This document shows, piece after piece, positions 53,017 to 62,792 of a stretch of DNA of 64,000 bases (positions within the stretch are counted from its first letter, which is position 1; the number at the start of each line of letters is the position of its first letter). Where the stretch lies: assembly GCA_050732935.1 (NCBI GenBank), contig JBOHRW010000150.1:12862-76861 (forward strand). Reading direction: 5' to 3'. The position numbers and the translations under genes are program-made. Below the pieces are notes generated by a model. The model saw nothing but the letters and a program-made list of their open reading frames with translations. It was not told where the DNA came from and ran no database searches. This stretch comes from Gemmatimonadota bacterium (GTDB taxonomy: Bacteria; Gemmatimonadota; Gemmatimonadetes; JACCXV01; JAHWKZ01).

Positions 53017-54344
53017 GCCGGATTGCGATCATCGGCGGCGGGCTGGCCGGCAGCGAGGCCGCCCTCCAGTGCGCGCGGCAGGGGGTCCCGGTGACCCTGT
53101 ACGAGATGCGCCCCGCCAGCGCGACCCCCGCCCACCGGACCGACCGGCTGGGCGAGCTCGTCTGCTCGAACTCCTTCAAGACGACCGATGTGGAGAACGC
53201 CCACGGGCTCCTCAAGGCGGAGCTGGAGCGTCTGTCGTGCGCGCTCCTGGAGATCGCGCACGAGAGCCGGATCCCGGCCGGCGCGGCCCTGGGGGTCGAT
53301 CGCGAGCGCTTCGCCGAGGGGGTGACGGCGGCGGTCCTGGCGGAGCCGCTGATCGAGGTGGTCCGCGAGGAGCGGAGCGCGCTCGATCCCGACGAGGTCA
53401 CGATCGTCGCGACGGGACCCCTCACGTCGGACGGGCTGACTCGGCGGATCGAGGAGATCCTGGGTTCCGAGAGCCTCGCCTTCTACGACGCCATCAGCCC
53501 GATCGTCGCCCACGACTCGCTCGTCGAGGGTGAGTGGTGGGCGGCGTCCCGGTACGGGAAGGGCGGGGCCGACTACCTGAACTGCCCGCTGGACCGCGAC
53601 ACGTACGGGCGGTTCGTGGACGCGCTCCTGGAGGCCGAGCTCTATCCGCTCAAGGACTTCGAACGGGCGATGTTCTTCGAAGGCTGCCTCCCGATCGAGG
53701 AGATGGCGCGCCGCGGCCGGGACACCCTGCGGTTCGGTCCCATGAAGCCGGTCGGCCTCGTGGATCCGCGCACAGACGCACAGCCGCATGCGGTTCTCCA
53801 GCTCCGCCGTGAGAACGCGGACGGGACGATGTTCAACATGGTCGGGTGCCAGACCCGGCTGCGGTACGGGGATCAGAAGCGGGTCTTCGGCCTCGTGCCG
53901 GCGCTGGCGCGGGCCGAGTTCCTGCGCCACGGCCAGGTCCACCGCAACACTTTCCTCCAGCACCCGACCGCGCTCGACGGCTTCGGGCGCCCGCGGGAGG
54001 GCTGGCCCGGGCTCTTCTTCGCCGGCCAGCTGACCGGGGTCGAGGGCTACGTGGAGTCGATCATGAGCGGGCTCATGGCCGGCCGGAACGCGGTTCGCGC
54101 GCTCCAGAATCGCGAGCCGGCACTGCCGCCCCGCGGCACGATGATCGGCGCACTCTACCACTACCTCCGGTCGGCGGATCCGAAGAGCTTCCAGCCCATG
54201 AACGCCAACTTCGGCCTTCTGCCCTCGCCGGAGCCGGGGATCCGCGACAAGCGGGCGCGCCGTCGGGCTCAGGTCGCCCGCGCGCTGGAGACGCTGGAGG
54301 GGTGGGCCCTTCAAAGCCAACCGGCGCTGGCGGGGGTCGCTTGA
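53013..54344 (+). CDS. trmFO: Methylenetetrahydrofolate--tRNA-(uracil-5-)-methyltransferase TrmFO (Gid)
   Basis: [21 protein letters not shown]...LVCSNSFK matches the TrmFO N-terminus. About 440 aa. Confidence 0.9.
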   Translation: MSRIAIIGGGLAGSEAALQCARQGVPVTLYEMRPASATPAHRTDRLGELVCSNSFKTTDVENAHGLLKAELERLSCALLEIAHESRIPAGAALGVDRERFAEGVTAAVLAEPLIEVVREERSALDPDEVTIVATGPLTSDGLTRRIEEILGSESLAFYDAISPIVAHDSLVEGEWWAASRYGKGGADYLNCPLDRDTYGRFVDALLEAELYPLKDFERAMFFEGCLPIEEMARRGRDTLRFGPMKPVGLVDPRTDAQPHAVLQLRRENADGTMFNMVGCQTRLRYGDQKRVFGLVPALARAEFLRHGQVHRNTFLQHPTALDGFGRPREGWPGLFFAGQLTGVEGYVESIMSGLMAGRNAVRALQNREPALPPRGTMIGALYHYLRSADPKSFQPMNANFGLLPSPEPGIRDKRARRRAQVARALETLEGWALQSQPALAGVA

Positions 54345-55252
54345 GCGCCTCCCGTCCGCAGGAAGCGCGTATCGAGGACTACCTGCGCTACCTGACTTCG
54401 GTCCGCCGCTACCGGCCGAACACGGTGGCGGCCTACCGGCGCGACCTCGAGGCGTGGCTCCGGTTCTGCACCGAGCACCTGGGGACGACCCGGATCGATC
54501 TGGACGCCATCGACGCGGCGACCGTGCGGGCGTTCCTCGGCTACGGTCGCCGGGAAGGCCTCGCCCGGAGGTCGGTGGCCCGCCGGCTGGCCGCGCTCAG
54601 GGGATACTTCCGGCATGCCTGCCGCGAGGGATGGACGCACCGCAACCCGGCCCAGGCGATCGCCATGCCGCGCCGGGGTCGAGCCCTTCCCGAGGTGCTC
54701 GGCGTGGACACGCTCGTCGATCTGCTGGAGCGGGCCTCTCGGGGCGAGGGATTCTACGCCCGCCGGCTGGCGGCGCTGCTCGAGGTCACCTACGGCGCTG
54801 GCCTGCGGGTCGGCGAGGTCGCCGGGCTCGGCTGGTCGGACGTGGACGCGGGGGGCGCGACGGTGCGCGTCCTCGGCAAGGGCGACAAGGAGCGGCGCGT
54901 GCCGCTGACCGGAAAGGCGGGGAACGCCCTCGCCGCGTGGCGGGCGGAGGCGGACCAGGTCTGCGGCGGAGTGCCGGAGGCCATCTTCGTGGCCCGGAGC
55001 GGCCAGCCCCTGTCGGTGCGCCAGATCCAGCGCGTGATCACGAGCGCGCTCGCCCGGATCGCCGAGCGGAGCGGGGTCTCGCCCCACACGCTGCGCCACT
55101 CCTTTGCCACCCACCTGCTCGACCGGGGAGCGGACATCATGGCGGTGAAGGAGCTGCTGGGTCATGCCTCGCTTTCGACGACGCAGCTCTATACCCATCT
55201 TTCGCGGGAGCGGTTGAAGGCCGCTTACGATCTCGCGCACCCGCGCGCCTGA
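54341..55252 (+). CDS. xerC: Tyrosine recombinase XerC/XerD family
   Basis: [10 protein letters not shown]...[11 protein letters not shown] (N-terminal core-binding domain). Catalytic residues R...HxxR...Y ([38 protein letters not shown]). TTG start overlapping the trmFO stop. Confidence 0.8.
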   Translation: MSASRPQEARIEDYLRYLTSVRRYRPNTVAAYRRDLEAWLRFCTEHLGTTRIDLDAIDAATVRAFLGYGRREGLARRSVARRLAALRGYFRHACREGWTHRNPAQAIAMPRRGRALPEVLGVDTLVDLLERASRGEGFYARRLAALLEVTYGAGLRVGEVAGLGWSDVDAGGATVRVLGKGDKERRVPLTGKAGNALAAWRAEADQVCGGVPEAIFVARSGQPLSVRQIQRVITSALARIAERSGVSPHTLRHSFATHLLDRGADIMAVKELLGHASLSTTQLYTHLSRERLKAAYDLAHPRA

Positions 55253-55333
55253 CAGGTCTCCGGCCGTCTCGACCTTGGCCATTCCCGAGGACCTGCTATC
55301 ATCCCACGGGTGAAACCCCTCGCGGAGGAACCG

Positions 55334-55882
55334 ATGCGGAACGTGTCGCCACATGCCACGACGATCCTGGGAGTACGCCGGGACGGCGCGGTCGCCCTGG
55401 GCGGCGACGGCCAGGTCACGTTCGGCGACACGGTGATGAAGGGCCGGGCGAACAAGGTCCGACTCATGCACGACGGGGCGGTCCTGTCCGGCTTCGCGGG
55501 GTCGACCGCCGACGCGCTCACCCTGTTCGAGAAGTTCGAGGAGAAGATGCAGCGCTACCCCGGGAACCTGCCACGGGCGGCCGTCGAGCTGGCGAAGGAC
55601 TGGCGATCGGACCGGGTGCTGCGGCGCCTGGAGGCCATGCTGGCCGTGTGCGATCGCGAGCACAGCCTGCTGGTCTCGGGCAACGGGGACGTGATCGAGC
55701 CCGACGACGGCATCCTGGCGATCGGCTCGGGTGGCCCCTACGCCCTGGCGGCGGCGCGGGGGCTTCTGACGCACTCGGGCCTGGACGCGCGGTCGATCGT
55801 GCAGCGGTCGCTCGAGATCACCGGAGAGATCTGCATATACACGAACACCGAGATAACCATACTGGAGCTGAAGACCGAATGA
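55334..55882 (+). CDS. hslV: ATP-dependent protease subunit HslV (ClpQ)
   Basis: [35 protein letters not shown]...[14 protein letters not shown]...[14 protein letters not shown] is near-identical in pattern to E. coli HslV. A short N-terminal propeptide (MRNVSPHA) precedes Thr, as in CodW. Confidence 0.9.
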   Translation: MRNVSPHATTILGVRRDGAVALGGDGQVTFGDTVMKGRANKVRLMHDGAVLSGFAGSTADALTLFEKFEEKMQRYPGNLPRAAVELAKDWRSDRVLRRLEAMLAVCDREHSLLVSGNGDVIEPDDGILAIGSGGPYALAAARGLLTHSGLDARSIVQRSLEITGEICIYTNTEITILELKTE

Positions 55883-57369
55883 ACGAACCCATCATCGAGG
55901 AGCAGGAGGCCCCGCCGGCCGTGGACGCGGCCGGCAGCGCGAGCGGAGAGACGGCGGAGGATCCCTACGAGGCGTTGACCCCCCGCGAGATCGTCGCCGA
56001 GCTCGACAAGTACATCGTGGGACAGGATGACGCCAAGCGGGCGGTCGCCATCGCGCTTCGGAACCGCTGGCGCCGCCTCCGGGTCGCCGAGGACCTGCGG
56101 GACGAGATCCTCCCCAACAACATCATCATGATCGGACCGACGGGTGTCGGCAAGACCGAGATCTCGCGCCGGCTGGCGCGCCTCGCGGACGCCCCGTTCG
56201 TGAAAGTGGAGGCCTCCAAGTTCACGGAGGTGGGTTACGTGGGCCGGGACGTGGAGTCCATCGTCCGCGACCTGATGGAGATCTCGGTGAGCATGGTTCG
56301 GCAGGAGTGGGAAGACGAGGTCTACGATCGGGCCGAAGAGAACGTGGAGGAGCGCCTGCTCGATCTGCTGCTGCCCCCGCTGCGGCCGGTTGAGGAAATG
56401 GGTGGGGGACGGCGCTATCTGGTGGATCGCAGCGGGGCCATCCAGGAGGCCGAGTCGGGGGAGTCGTTCGAGCGGCTGAGGCAGCAGCGCGAGCGCTCGC
56501 GAGACAAGCTCCGCAAGCTGCTCGCGGACGGGAAGCTGGAGGACCGCAAGGTCGAGGTCGAGACGACGTCCGGCCGAATGCCCTTCTTCGAAGTCCTCTC
56601 GCCGATGGGGCTGGAGGAGATGGACGTCAACGTCGGTGAGATGCTGGAGGAGATCCTTCCCAAGCGGAAGAAGCGCCGGCAGGTGACGGTGTCGGAGGCG
56701 CGGCGGATCCTGCTGCAGGAGGAGCTCGGCAAGCTGATCGACATGGACGAGGTCGTGAACGAGGCCGTGTATCGGACCGAGAACTCCGGTATCGTCTTCC
56801 TCGACGAGATCGACAAGATCGCGGGCGAGAAGATGAGCGGCGGGCCGGATGTCTCGCGGGAGGGTGTGCAGCGAGACCTCCTGCCCATCGTCGAGGGATC
56901 CAACGTCCAGACCAAGTACGGCCTCATCCGCACCGATCACGTCCTGTTCATCGCCGCCGGGGCGTTCCACGTCTCCAAGCCGAGCGACCTGATCCCGGAG
57001 CTCCAGGGCCGGTTTCCCATCCGGGTGGAGCTGAGGAGCCTGACGGCGAAGGACTTCGAGCGGATCCTCATCGAGCCGCAGAACGCCCTCACCCTGCAAT
57101 ATCGAGCGATGCTCGAGACGGAGGGCGTCGGGCTCGCCTTCACCGACGACGGCATCCGGGAGATCGCGCGCATCGCCGCGGAGGTGAACGACCTTATGGA
57201 GAACATCGGTGCCCGGCGGCTGCATACGGTGATGACGCGGCTTCTCGACGACATCCTGTTCGACGTGCCGGACGTGCAGTCCGGGGACGTCAGGATCGAC
57301 GCACGGGCCGTGAGCGAGAGGCTGAAGGGGATCGTGGAGGATCAGGACCTCCGAAAGTACATCCTTTGA
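55879..57369 (+). CDS. hslU: ATP-dependent protease ATPase subunit HslU (ClpY)
   Basis: [33 protein letters not shown]...[15 protein letters not shown]...[14 protein letters not shown] overlaps the hslV stop. Confidence 0.9.
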   Translation: MNEPIIEEQEAPPAVDAAGSASGETAEDPYEALTPREIVAELDKYIVGQDDAKRAVAIALRNRWRRLRVAEDLRDEILPNNIIMIGPTGVGKTEISRRLARLADAPFVKVEASKFTEVGYVGRDVESIVRDLMEISVSMVRQEWEDEVYDRAEENVEERLLDLLLPPLRPVEEMGGGRRYLVDRSGAIQEAESGESFERLRQQRERSRDKLRKLLADGKLEDRKVEVETTSGRMPFFEVLSPMGLEEMDVNVGEMLEEILPKRKKRRQVTVSEARRILLQEELGKLIDMDEVVNEAVYRTENSGIVFLDEIDKIAGEKMSGGPDVSREGVQRDLLPIVEGSNVQTKYGLIRTDHVLFIAAGAFHVSKPSDLIPELQGRFPIRVELRSLTAKDFERILIEPQNALTLQYRAMLETEGVGLAFTDDGIREIARIAAEVNDLMENIGARRLHTVMTRLLDDILFDVPDVQSGDVRIDARAVSERLKGIVEDQDLRKYIL

Positions 57370-58466
57370 CCGGCCTGAAGCGCACGGGCTTCGCCGATAT
57401 CCACGAGCGGCTGGGGGCGAAGATGGTCCCCTTCGCCGGCTTCCTGATGCCCGTCCAGTACGAATCGATCACCGAGGAGCATCGCGCCGTGCGCGAGCGA
57501 GCCGGGCTCTTCGACGTCAGCCACATGGGGGAGTTCGCCTTCTTCGGCGCGCGCGCCGGGGAGAGCGTCCAGCGGGTCACCGTCAACGACGTGGCCGCGC
57601 TCGATGTCGACCAGGCCCAATACTCGGCGATCGTGAATGAGGACGGCGGGATCGTGGACGATTGCGTGGTCTATCGCGTGGCGGAGGACCGCTACCTGAT
57701 GGTGGTGAACGCGGCCAACATCGAGAAGGACAAGGACCACATCCGTCGCCGCGTGCCGGACGCGGAGATGCGCGACGAATCGGAGCCGACGTCGCTCCTC
57801 GCCCTCCAGGGGCCACGCGCCGGGGAGATCCTGAGGGCGGTGGCGGACATCGACCCGGCGGAGATCGGGTTCTACTGGAAGCGGGACGGCGAGGTGGCCG
57901 GTGTCCCGGCGATCGTGAGCCGGACCGGGTACACGGGCGAGGACGGCTTCGAGCTCTACTTCGAGCGGGCCGCCTCGGAGACGGTCTGGGAAGCCCTCAT
58001 GGAGTCCGGACGGGATCTCGGCCTCGAACCGTGCGGCCTGGGGGCCCGCGACACGTTGCGTCTGGAGATGAAGTACGCTCTGTACGGCAACGACATCGAC
58101 GAATCGACCAACCCCTTCGAGGCCGGACTGGGCTGGATCGTGAAGCTCGACAAGGGCGAGTTCGTAGGCCGGGATGCCCTGGCGGCGATCCGCGAGCGCG
58201 GTCCCACGCGCAAGCTGGTCGGCTTCCGCCTCCACGAGCGGGGTTTCCCGCGTCCCGGCTATGAGGTTCGGCTGGACGGCGACACGGTCGGCGAGGTGCG
58301 GAGCGGGACGATGAGCCCCACCCTGGGGTACGGCATCGGGACCTGCTATCTGCCGGCCGACCGCTCATCTCCGGGGATCTCGATCGAGATCGATGTCCGC
58401 GGGCGGGGGATCCCGGCCGAGGTCGTGAAGACCCCGTTCTATACGGATGGGTCGCTCGAGCGCTGA
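57366..58466 (+). CDS. gcvT: Glycine cleavage system T protein (aminomethyltransferase)
   Basis: [35 protein letters not shown] is a canonical GcvT N-terminus. Confidence 0.9.
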   Translation: MTGLKRTGFADIHERLGAKMVPFAGFLMPVQYESITEEHRAVRERAGLFDVSHMGEFAFFGARAGESVQRVTVNDVAALDVDQAQYSAIVNEDGGIVDDCVVYRVAEDRYLMVVNAANIEKDKDHIRRRVPDAEMRDESEPTSLLALQGPRAGEILRAVADIDPAEIGFYWKRDGEVAGVPAIVSRTGYTGEDGFELYFERAASETVWEALMESGRDLGLEPCGLGARDTLRLEMKYALYGNDIDESTNPFEAGLGWIVKLDKGEFVGRDALAAIRERGPTRKLVGFRLHERGFPRPGYEVRLDGDTVGEVRSGTMSPTLGYGIGTCYLPADRSSPGISIEIDVRGRGIPAEVVKTPFYTDGSLER

Positions 58467-60279
58467 GTCGAGCCCGCGCCCCACGATCGTCATCGGGGCC
58501 GGCCCCGCCGGACTGACCGCCGCCCACGAGCTCGTCGAGCGCGGCCTTCCCGCCGTCGTCTGTGAGCGGGATGACCAGGTCGGCGGTCTGGCGCGCACGG
58601 TCCGGTTCAAGGGCTACCGCTTCGACATCGGCGGGCACCGCTTCTTCACCAAGGTCGGCTCCATCCAGAACCTGTGGGAGGATGTCCTCGGGGACGACCT
58701 GCTCATCCGCCCCCGGCTTTCGCGGATCTTCTATCGGGATCGCTTCTTCGATTACCCGCTGAGGCCGCTGAACGCGCTGAGCGGCCTGGGGCCGGTGGAG
58801 ACGATCCGCGTCCTGGCGAGCTACGCGCGGGCGCGGGTGTTTCCAGAGACCGAGGAGCGCACCTTCGAGCAATGGGTGGTCAACCGGTTCGGTCGACGCC
58901 TGTTCGAGATCTTCTTCCGCACCTACACGGAGAAGGTGTGGGGCGTGCCGTGCAGCGAGATCGGTGCGGACTGGGCCGCCCAGCGAATCAGGAACCTCGA
59001 TCTGAGGACCGCCATCCTGAGCGCCGTGGTCGGAACCCGCGCCAGGAACGACGGCCGGCTCGTCACGACATTGATCGACCGCTTCCACTATCCGCGCCTG
59101 GGGCCGGGTATGATGTGGGAGCGGATGGGCGACCGCCTGGAGAGGCGCGGGGTGGACATCGCCCTGGGCGCCGAGGTCGTCCGTCTTCGGCACGCCGGGG
59201 GCCGGGTGAAGACAGCGGTGTTCCGGCGAACGGGTCGTGAGGTGGAGATCGAGGTGAACGGCGCGATCTCCTCGATGCCCCTGGGCGCCCTCGTAGACGC
59301 CCTCGACCCCGCGCCGCCCGACCACGTGCTCGAGGCCGCCGATCGCCTCCGCTACCGGGACTTCCTGACCGTGGTCCTGATCGTCGAGCGCGGCGACGTC
59401 TTCCCCGACAACTGGATCTACGTCCATTCCCCGGAGGTTCGCGTGGGTCGGATCCAGAACTTCAAGAACTGGAGTCCCGAGATGATCCCCGACCCGTCCA
59501 CGACCTCGCTCGGGCTCGAGTACTTCGTGCATGAGGGGGACGATCTGTGGTCGAAGCCCGACGACGAGCTCGTCGCTCTGGGTGCCCTGGAGGTGGAGCG
59601 GCTGGGACTGATCCGCCAGAGCGAGGTTCGTGAAGGCACGGTGGTGCGGATGCCCAAGGCCTATCCCCTCTACGACTCCGACTATGCCGGCGCCGTGGCC
59701 ACCATTCGCGACTGGCTGGGTGGAATCTCCAACCTGCATACCGTCGGACGCAACGGCCAGCATCGCTACAACAACCAGGACCATTCCATGCTGACGGGGA
59801 TGCTGGCCGCCCGCAACCTCGCGGGTGAGCGCAACGACGTGTGGGACGTCAACGTGGAACCCGAGTACCACGAGGAGACCCGTCGTGAGGACGACGGCGG
59901 GGGCGGCCGGGCGGTCCCGGAGACCGCCTCCCTGCCGACGCTGGAGGACCTGCTCGGCGCCGCCTTCGCCCGCTACGACCCGCTCGCCCTCGGGGCCTCG
60001 GTCGGGGTGGTGCTGGGTGTCGGGCTCTTCCTCCTGACCGCTACGGATCTGGTCCGGGGTGGGTCGGCGGGTCTGCCTCTCTCTCTGCTGGGCCATTACC
60101 TCTACGGGTACCGGGTCACGTGGAGCGGAGCCGTCATCGGGCTGATCGAGACGGTCGCGGCGGGGTTTCTGTTCGGCGCCCTGCTGGCGGGCCTCATCAA
60201 CCTCTTCGTCGGGTGGCAGAAAACCTTGCTCGAGCGCGAGCTCGAGGCGCTGTCGCTCTACCCGCTGGAGTCCGATTGA
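58447..60279 (+). CDS. UDP-galactopyranose-mutase-like FAD/NAD(P)-binding protein with C-terminal membrane extension
   Basis: Rossmann motif IVIGAGPAGLTAAHEL...DQVGGLA. The middle region FEQWVVNRFGRRLFEIFFRTYTEKVWGVPCSEI is collinear with Glf ([27 protein letters not shown]). An extra ~150 aa at the C-terminus contains two or more hydrophobic helices. Confidence 0.55.
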   Translation: MGRSSAESSPRPTIVIGAGPAGLTAAHELVERGLPAVVCERDDQVGGLARTVRFKGYRFDIGGHRFFTKVGSIQNLWEDVLGDDLLIRPRLSRIFYRDRFFDYPLRPLNALSGLGPVETIRVLASYARARVFPETEERTFEQWVVNRFGRRLFEIFFRTYTEKVWGVPCSEIGADWAAQRIRNLDLRTAILSAVVGTRARNDGRLVTTLIDRFHYPRLGPGMMWERMGDRLERRGVDIALGAEVVRLRHAGGRVKTAVFRRTGREVEIEVNGAISSMPLGALVDALDPAPPDHVLEAADRLRYRDFLTVVLIVERGDVFPDNWIYVHSPEVRVGRIQNFKNWSPEMIPDPSTTSLGLEYFVHEGDDLWSKPDDELVALGALEVERLGLIRQSEVREGTVVRMPKAYPLYDSDYAGAVATIRDWLGGISNLHTVGRNGQHRYNNQDHSMLTGMLAARNLAGERNDVWDVNVEPEYHEETRREDDGGGGRAVPETASLPTLEDLLGAAFARYDPLALGASVGVVLGVGLFLLTATDLVRGGSAGLPLSLLGHYLYGYRVTWSGAVIGLIETVAAGFLFGALLAGLINLFVGWQKTLLERELEALSLYPLESD

Positions 60280-60593
60280 GCCTTCGTCGCCGGCCCGCGG
60301 AGGAGCGCGAAGCGCTGGCGATCCGGGCCGCGATCGCCCGCCTCCGGGTGGGGATCATGGCCATCGTGTTCGGCATGCTGGGGGGATTCGTGCTGTTCCT
60401 GGCGACCGCCTGGCTCCTGATCCTCGGCGGCCCCAACGTGGGGCGGACGCTGGGGCTCCTGGCCCACTATTTTCCGGGCTACTCGGTCACCTGGCCGGGT
60501 GCCGTCGTCGGCCTCGTCTATGGTGCGCTGACCGGGGCGTTGGCCGGGGGTTCGCTGGCGTGGATATACAATCGGATCGCCCTCCGGTCCTGA
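60276..60593 (+). CDS. Small membrane protein paralogous to the C-terminal module of the preceding flavoprotein
   Basis: LAHYFPGYSVTWPGAVVGLVYGALTGALAGG matches LGHYLYGYRVTWSGAVIGLIETVAAGFLFGA in the upstream protein. TTG start overlapping the upstream stop; an alternative ATG is at 60357. Confidence 0.4.
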   Translation: MSLRRRPAEEREALAIRAAIARLRVGIMAIVFGMLGGFVLFLATAWLLILGGPNVGRTLGLLAHYFPGYSVTWPGAVVGLVYGALTGALAGGSLAWIYNRIALRS

Positions 60594-61606
60594 GTTCGTC
60601 GGTGCCACTCGTCTCGGTCGTCGTGCCGGTTCTGAACGGCGGGACCGACTTCGAGCGCTGTCTGGCGGCGCTGGCCGGCAGCGAGTTCCGCGATTACGAG
60701 CTCATCGTCGTGGACGACGGTTCGATGGACGGCTCGCCCGGGCTCGCCGCTACCTACGGGGCACGGGTCGTGCGGAGTGCCGGACGCCGCGGCCCAGGAG
60801 CGTCACGGAACCAGGGCGTGGTCCACGCCCGGGGGGAGATCGTCCTCTTCCTCGACGCCGACTGCGAGGTCCACGCCGACACCCTCGGTCGGGCGGCGGC
60901 CGCCTTCCGGACCTCGCCGCCGCCGGACGCCGTCTTCGGGAGCTACGACGACGCGCCCGCGGCGGACGGCATGGTGACGGTGTTCAAGAACCTGCAGCAC
61001 CATTACGTCCATCAGCAAGGCCGGTCGGAGGCGCGGACGTTCTGGGCCGGGTGCGGCGCCGTCAGGCGTTCGGTGTTCCAGGAGGTCGGGGGGTTCGACG
61101 GGGAACTATTCCCGCGACCGAGCATAGAAGACATCGAGCTGGGCTACCGGCTGCGCGAGCGCGGGTTCACGGTCCGGCTGTGCCCGGCGATGCAGGTCAA
61201 GCATCTCAAGCGATGGACGCTCGCGGGTCTGATTCGTACCGATGTTCTCGATCGAGGGGTTCCATGGACGCGCCTCATGCTTTCTCGCGGCTTTCTGGAG
61301 ACCGATCTCAACCTGGGATGGCGTCACCGGATCGGTGTGGCGCTTGCATGGACGCTCTTCGCCCTCCTCCTGCTCTCGCCGTTCGCCCCGCTCCTTCTCG
61401 GGGGCGCGGCGGCCGCCGTCGTCACGCTGTTCGCGGTCAACCTCGACTTCTACCGCTTTCTCGCCGAGCGGCAGGGAGTGGGTTTCGCCGTCCGCGCCAT
61501 TCCCCTGCACTGGCTCCATTACCTCTACAGCGGACTGGCCTTCGGATGGGGGCTTCTGGCTCACATGTGGTCGCGATTGACCGGCCGGCGCATCGTTCGT
61601 CTGTGA
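60560..61606 (+). CDS. GT2 glycosyltransferase with C-terminal TM helices (GtrB/ArnC/DPM1-like polyprenol-phosphate glycosyltransferase)
   Basis: VSVVVPVLNGGTDFERCLAAL...YELIVVDDGS...LFLDADCEV is the GT2 DXD signature. Two C-terminal hydrophobic helices are present. Confidence 0.75.
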   Translation: MDIQSDRPPVLSSSVPLVSVVVPVLNGGTDFERCLAALAGSEFRDYELIVVDDGSMDGSPGLAATYGARVVRSAGRRGPGASRNQGVVHARGEIVLFLDADCEVHADTLGRAAAAFRTSPPPDAVFGSYDDAPAADGMVTVFKNLQHHYVHQQGRSEARTFWAGCGAVRRSVFQEVGGFDGELFPRPSIEDIELGYRLRERGFTVRLCPAMQVKHLKRWTLAGLIRTDVLDRGVPWTRLMLSRGFLETDLNLGWRHRIGVALAWTLFALLLLSPFAPLLLGGAAAAVVTLFAVNLDFYRFLAERQGVGFAVRAIPLHWLHYLYSGLAFGWGLLAHMWSRLTGRRIVRL

Positions 61607-62103
61607 GCGCCCGCGCGCCGGTGGCGCCGCTCGGACGAGTCCGCCAGTTCGTCGTCGCCAGCTTTCTCCTGGCGGTCGCCTCGGGCCTCGCTGCCGGCAA
61701 GGGATTCGCCCAGGGGAATCCCGACACCGAGACGTTCTCGTGCACGGTCGCCTTCGTGATCGACGGCGACTCGTTCAACTGTCGCAGCGGGATCAAGGTG
61801 CGCCTGCTGCTGGTGAACGCGCCCGAGGACGGGCCGTTCGGCGACCTTGCCCGTGGCGCGCTGGCTGGCCTGCTGCCGGCCGGTGAGCGCTTCCGCATCG
61901 AAACCGATCGTCGCCGCCAGGATAAGCAGGGGCGTGTCATGGGCTATGTATTCCTGCCTGACGGGCAGATGGTGAACGAGATGATGATCCGCCAGGGCTA
62001 CGCCTTCCTCAAGCCCGACGAGACCAACCAGAGGTACCTGACCGAGCTGCGTGAGGCCGAGGCCGCCGCCCGGGAGACCGAGCGGGGTCTCTGGGCGCGC
62101 TGA
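61603..62103 (+). CDS. Secreted thermonuclease (SNase/micrococcal-nuclease-like)
   Basis: Signal peptide ...AAGKGFA|QGN. VIDGDSFNCR...VRLLLVNAPE...GR.MGYVFL.DG..VNEMMIRQGYA is the SNase fold signature. Confidence 0.65.
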   Translation: MSARAPVAPLGRVRQFVVASFLLAVASGLAAGKGFAQGNPDTETFSCTVAFVIDGDSFNCRSGIKVRLLLVNAPEDGPFGDLARGALAGLLPAGERFRIETDRRRQDKQGRVMGYVFLPDGQMVNEMMIRQGYAFLKPDETNQRYLTELREAEAAARETERGLWAR

Positions 62104-62258
62104 GTCACTCCTCGTCGCGCCTCGCCCCCACGGGGCGCTTCGGCGCTCCGGGTGCCAGAACGAACCTCTGAATCAGGACCCTGGACCACCCAGGTCATCA
62201 TCGGGACTCGCCAGCCGAGGGGCTGGCCCCCGACCCCCGGGTCGGTATCTTCCGACCG

Positions 62259-62792
62259 ATGACTGCCGAAATGGCACACCACCCCCGGCGTGCGGCCGTG
62301 GTCACGGTAAGCGACCGGGTCGCCGCGGGAACCGCCCAAGACCAGTCGGGACCGCGGCTCGCTCAGCTCCTGATTGACGCGGGCTGGATCGTCGCCGCGA
62401 CCGAGGTGACGTCCGACGACGCCGACGCGATCGCCGGGGTCCTGACCCGATTGGCCGATCAAGGCGGGATCGCGCTGGTCCTCACCACGGGTGGCACCGG
62501 CCTCGGTCCGCGCGACGTGACCCCGGACGGCACGCGGCGGATCGCGGAACGTGAGGTCCCAGGGATCGCCGAGGCTCTGCGCTCGTTCTCGATCGAGCGC
62601 ACGCCGCACGCGATGCTTTCGCGGGCCACGGCCGCGATCCGGGGCCGGACGCTGATCATCAACCTGCCGGGAAGCCCCCGCGCCGTCTCGCAGACCTTCG
62701 ACGTGCTGGCTCCTGTCCTCGACCACGCGGTGAGCCTGGTCGCCGGTGGGACGCCGACCCCGGACGAGCACCGGGCGGTGGACCACGGATGA
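62259..62792 (+). CDS. mogA: Molybdopterin adenylyltransferase MogA/MoaB
   Basis: AAVVTVSDRVAAG...DQSGP...VLTTGGTGLGPRDVTP...INLPGSPRA is the MogA/MoaB signature. Confidence 0.85.
   Translation: MTAEMAHHPRRAAVVTVSDRVAAGTAQDQSGPRLAQLLIDAGWIVAATEVTSDDADAIAGVLTRLADQGGIALVLTTGGTGLGPRDVTPDGTRRIAEREVPGIAEALRSFSIERTPHAMLSRATAAIRGRTLIINLPGSPRAVSQTFDVLAPVLDHAVSLVAGGTPTPDEHRAVDHG

Noticed and set aside
54341-55252. Tyrosine recombinase as marker of a mobile element
   Set aside because: It sits in the conserved topA-trmFO-xerC-hslVU housekeeping block with overlapping start/stop codons. There is no flanking tRNA, direct repeat or phage/IS genes. It was interpreted as the chromosomal dimer-resolution XerC.
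57997-60096. 699-aa minus-strand ORF
   Set aside because: Antisense to gcvT and the Glf-like flavoprotein. Arg/Pro/Gly-rich with no motif.
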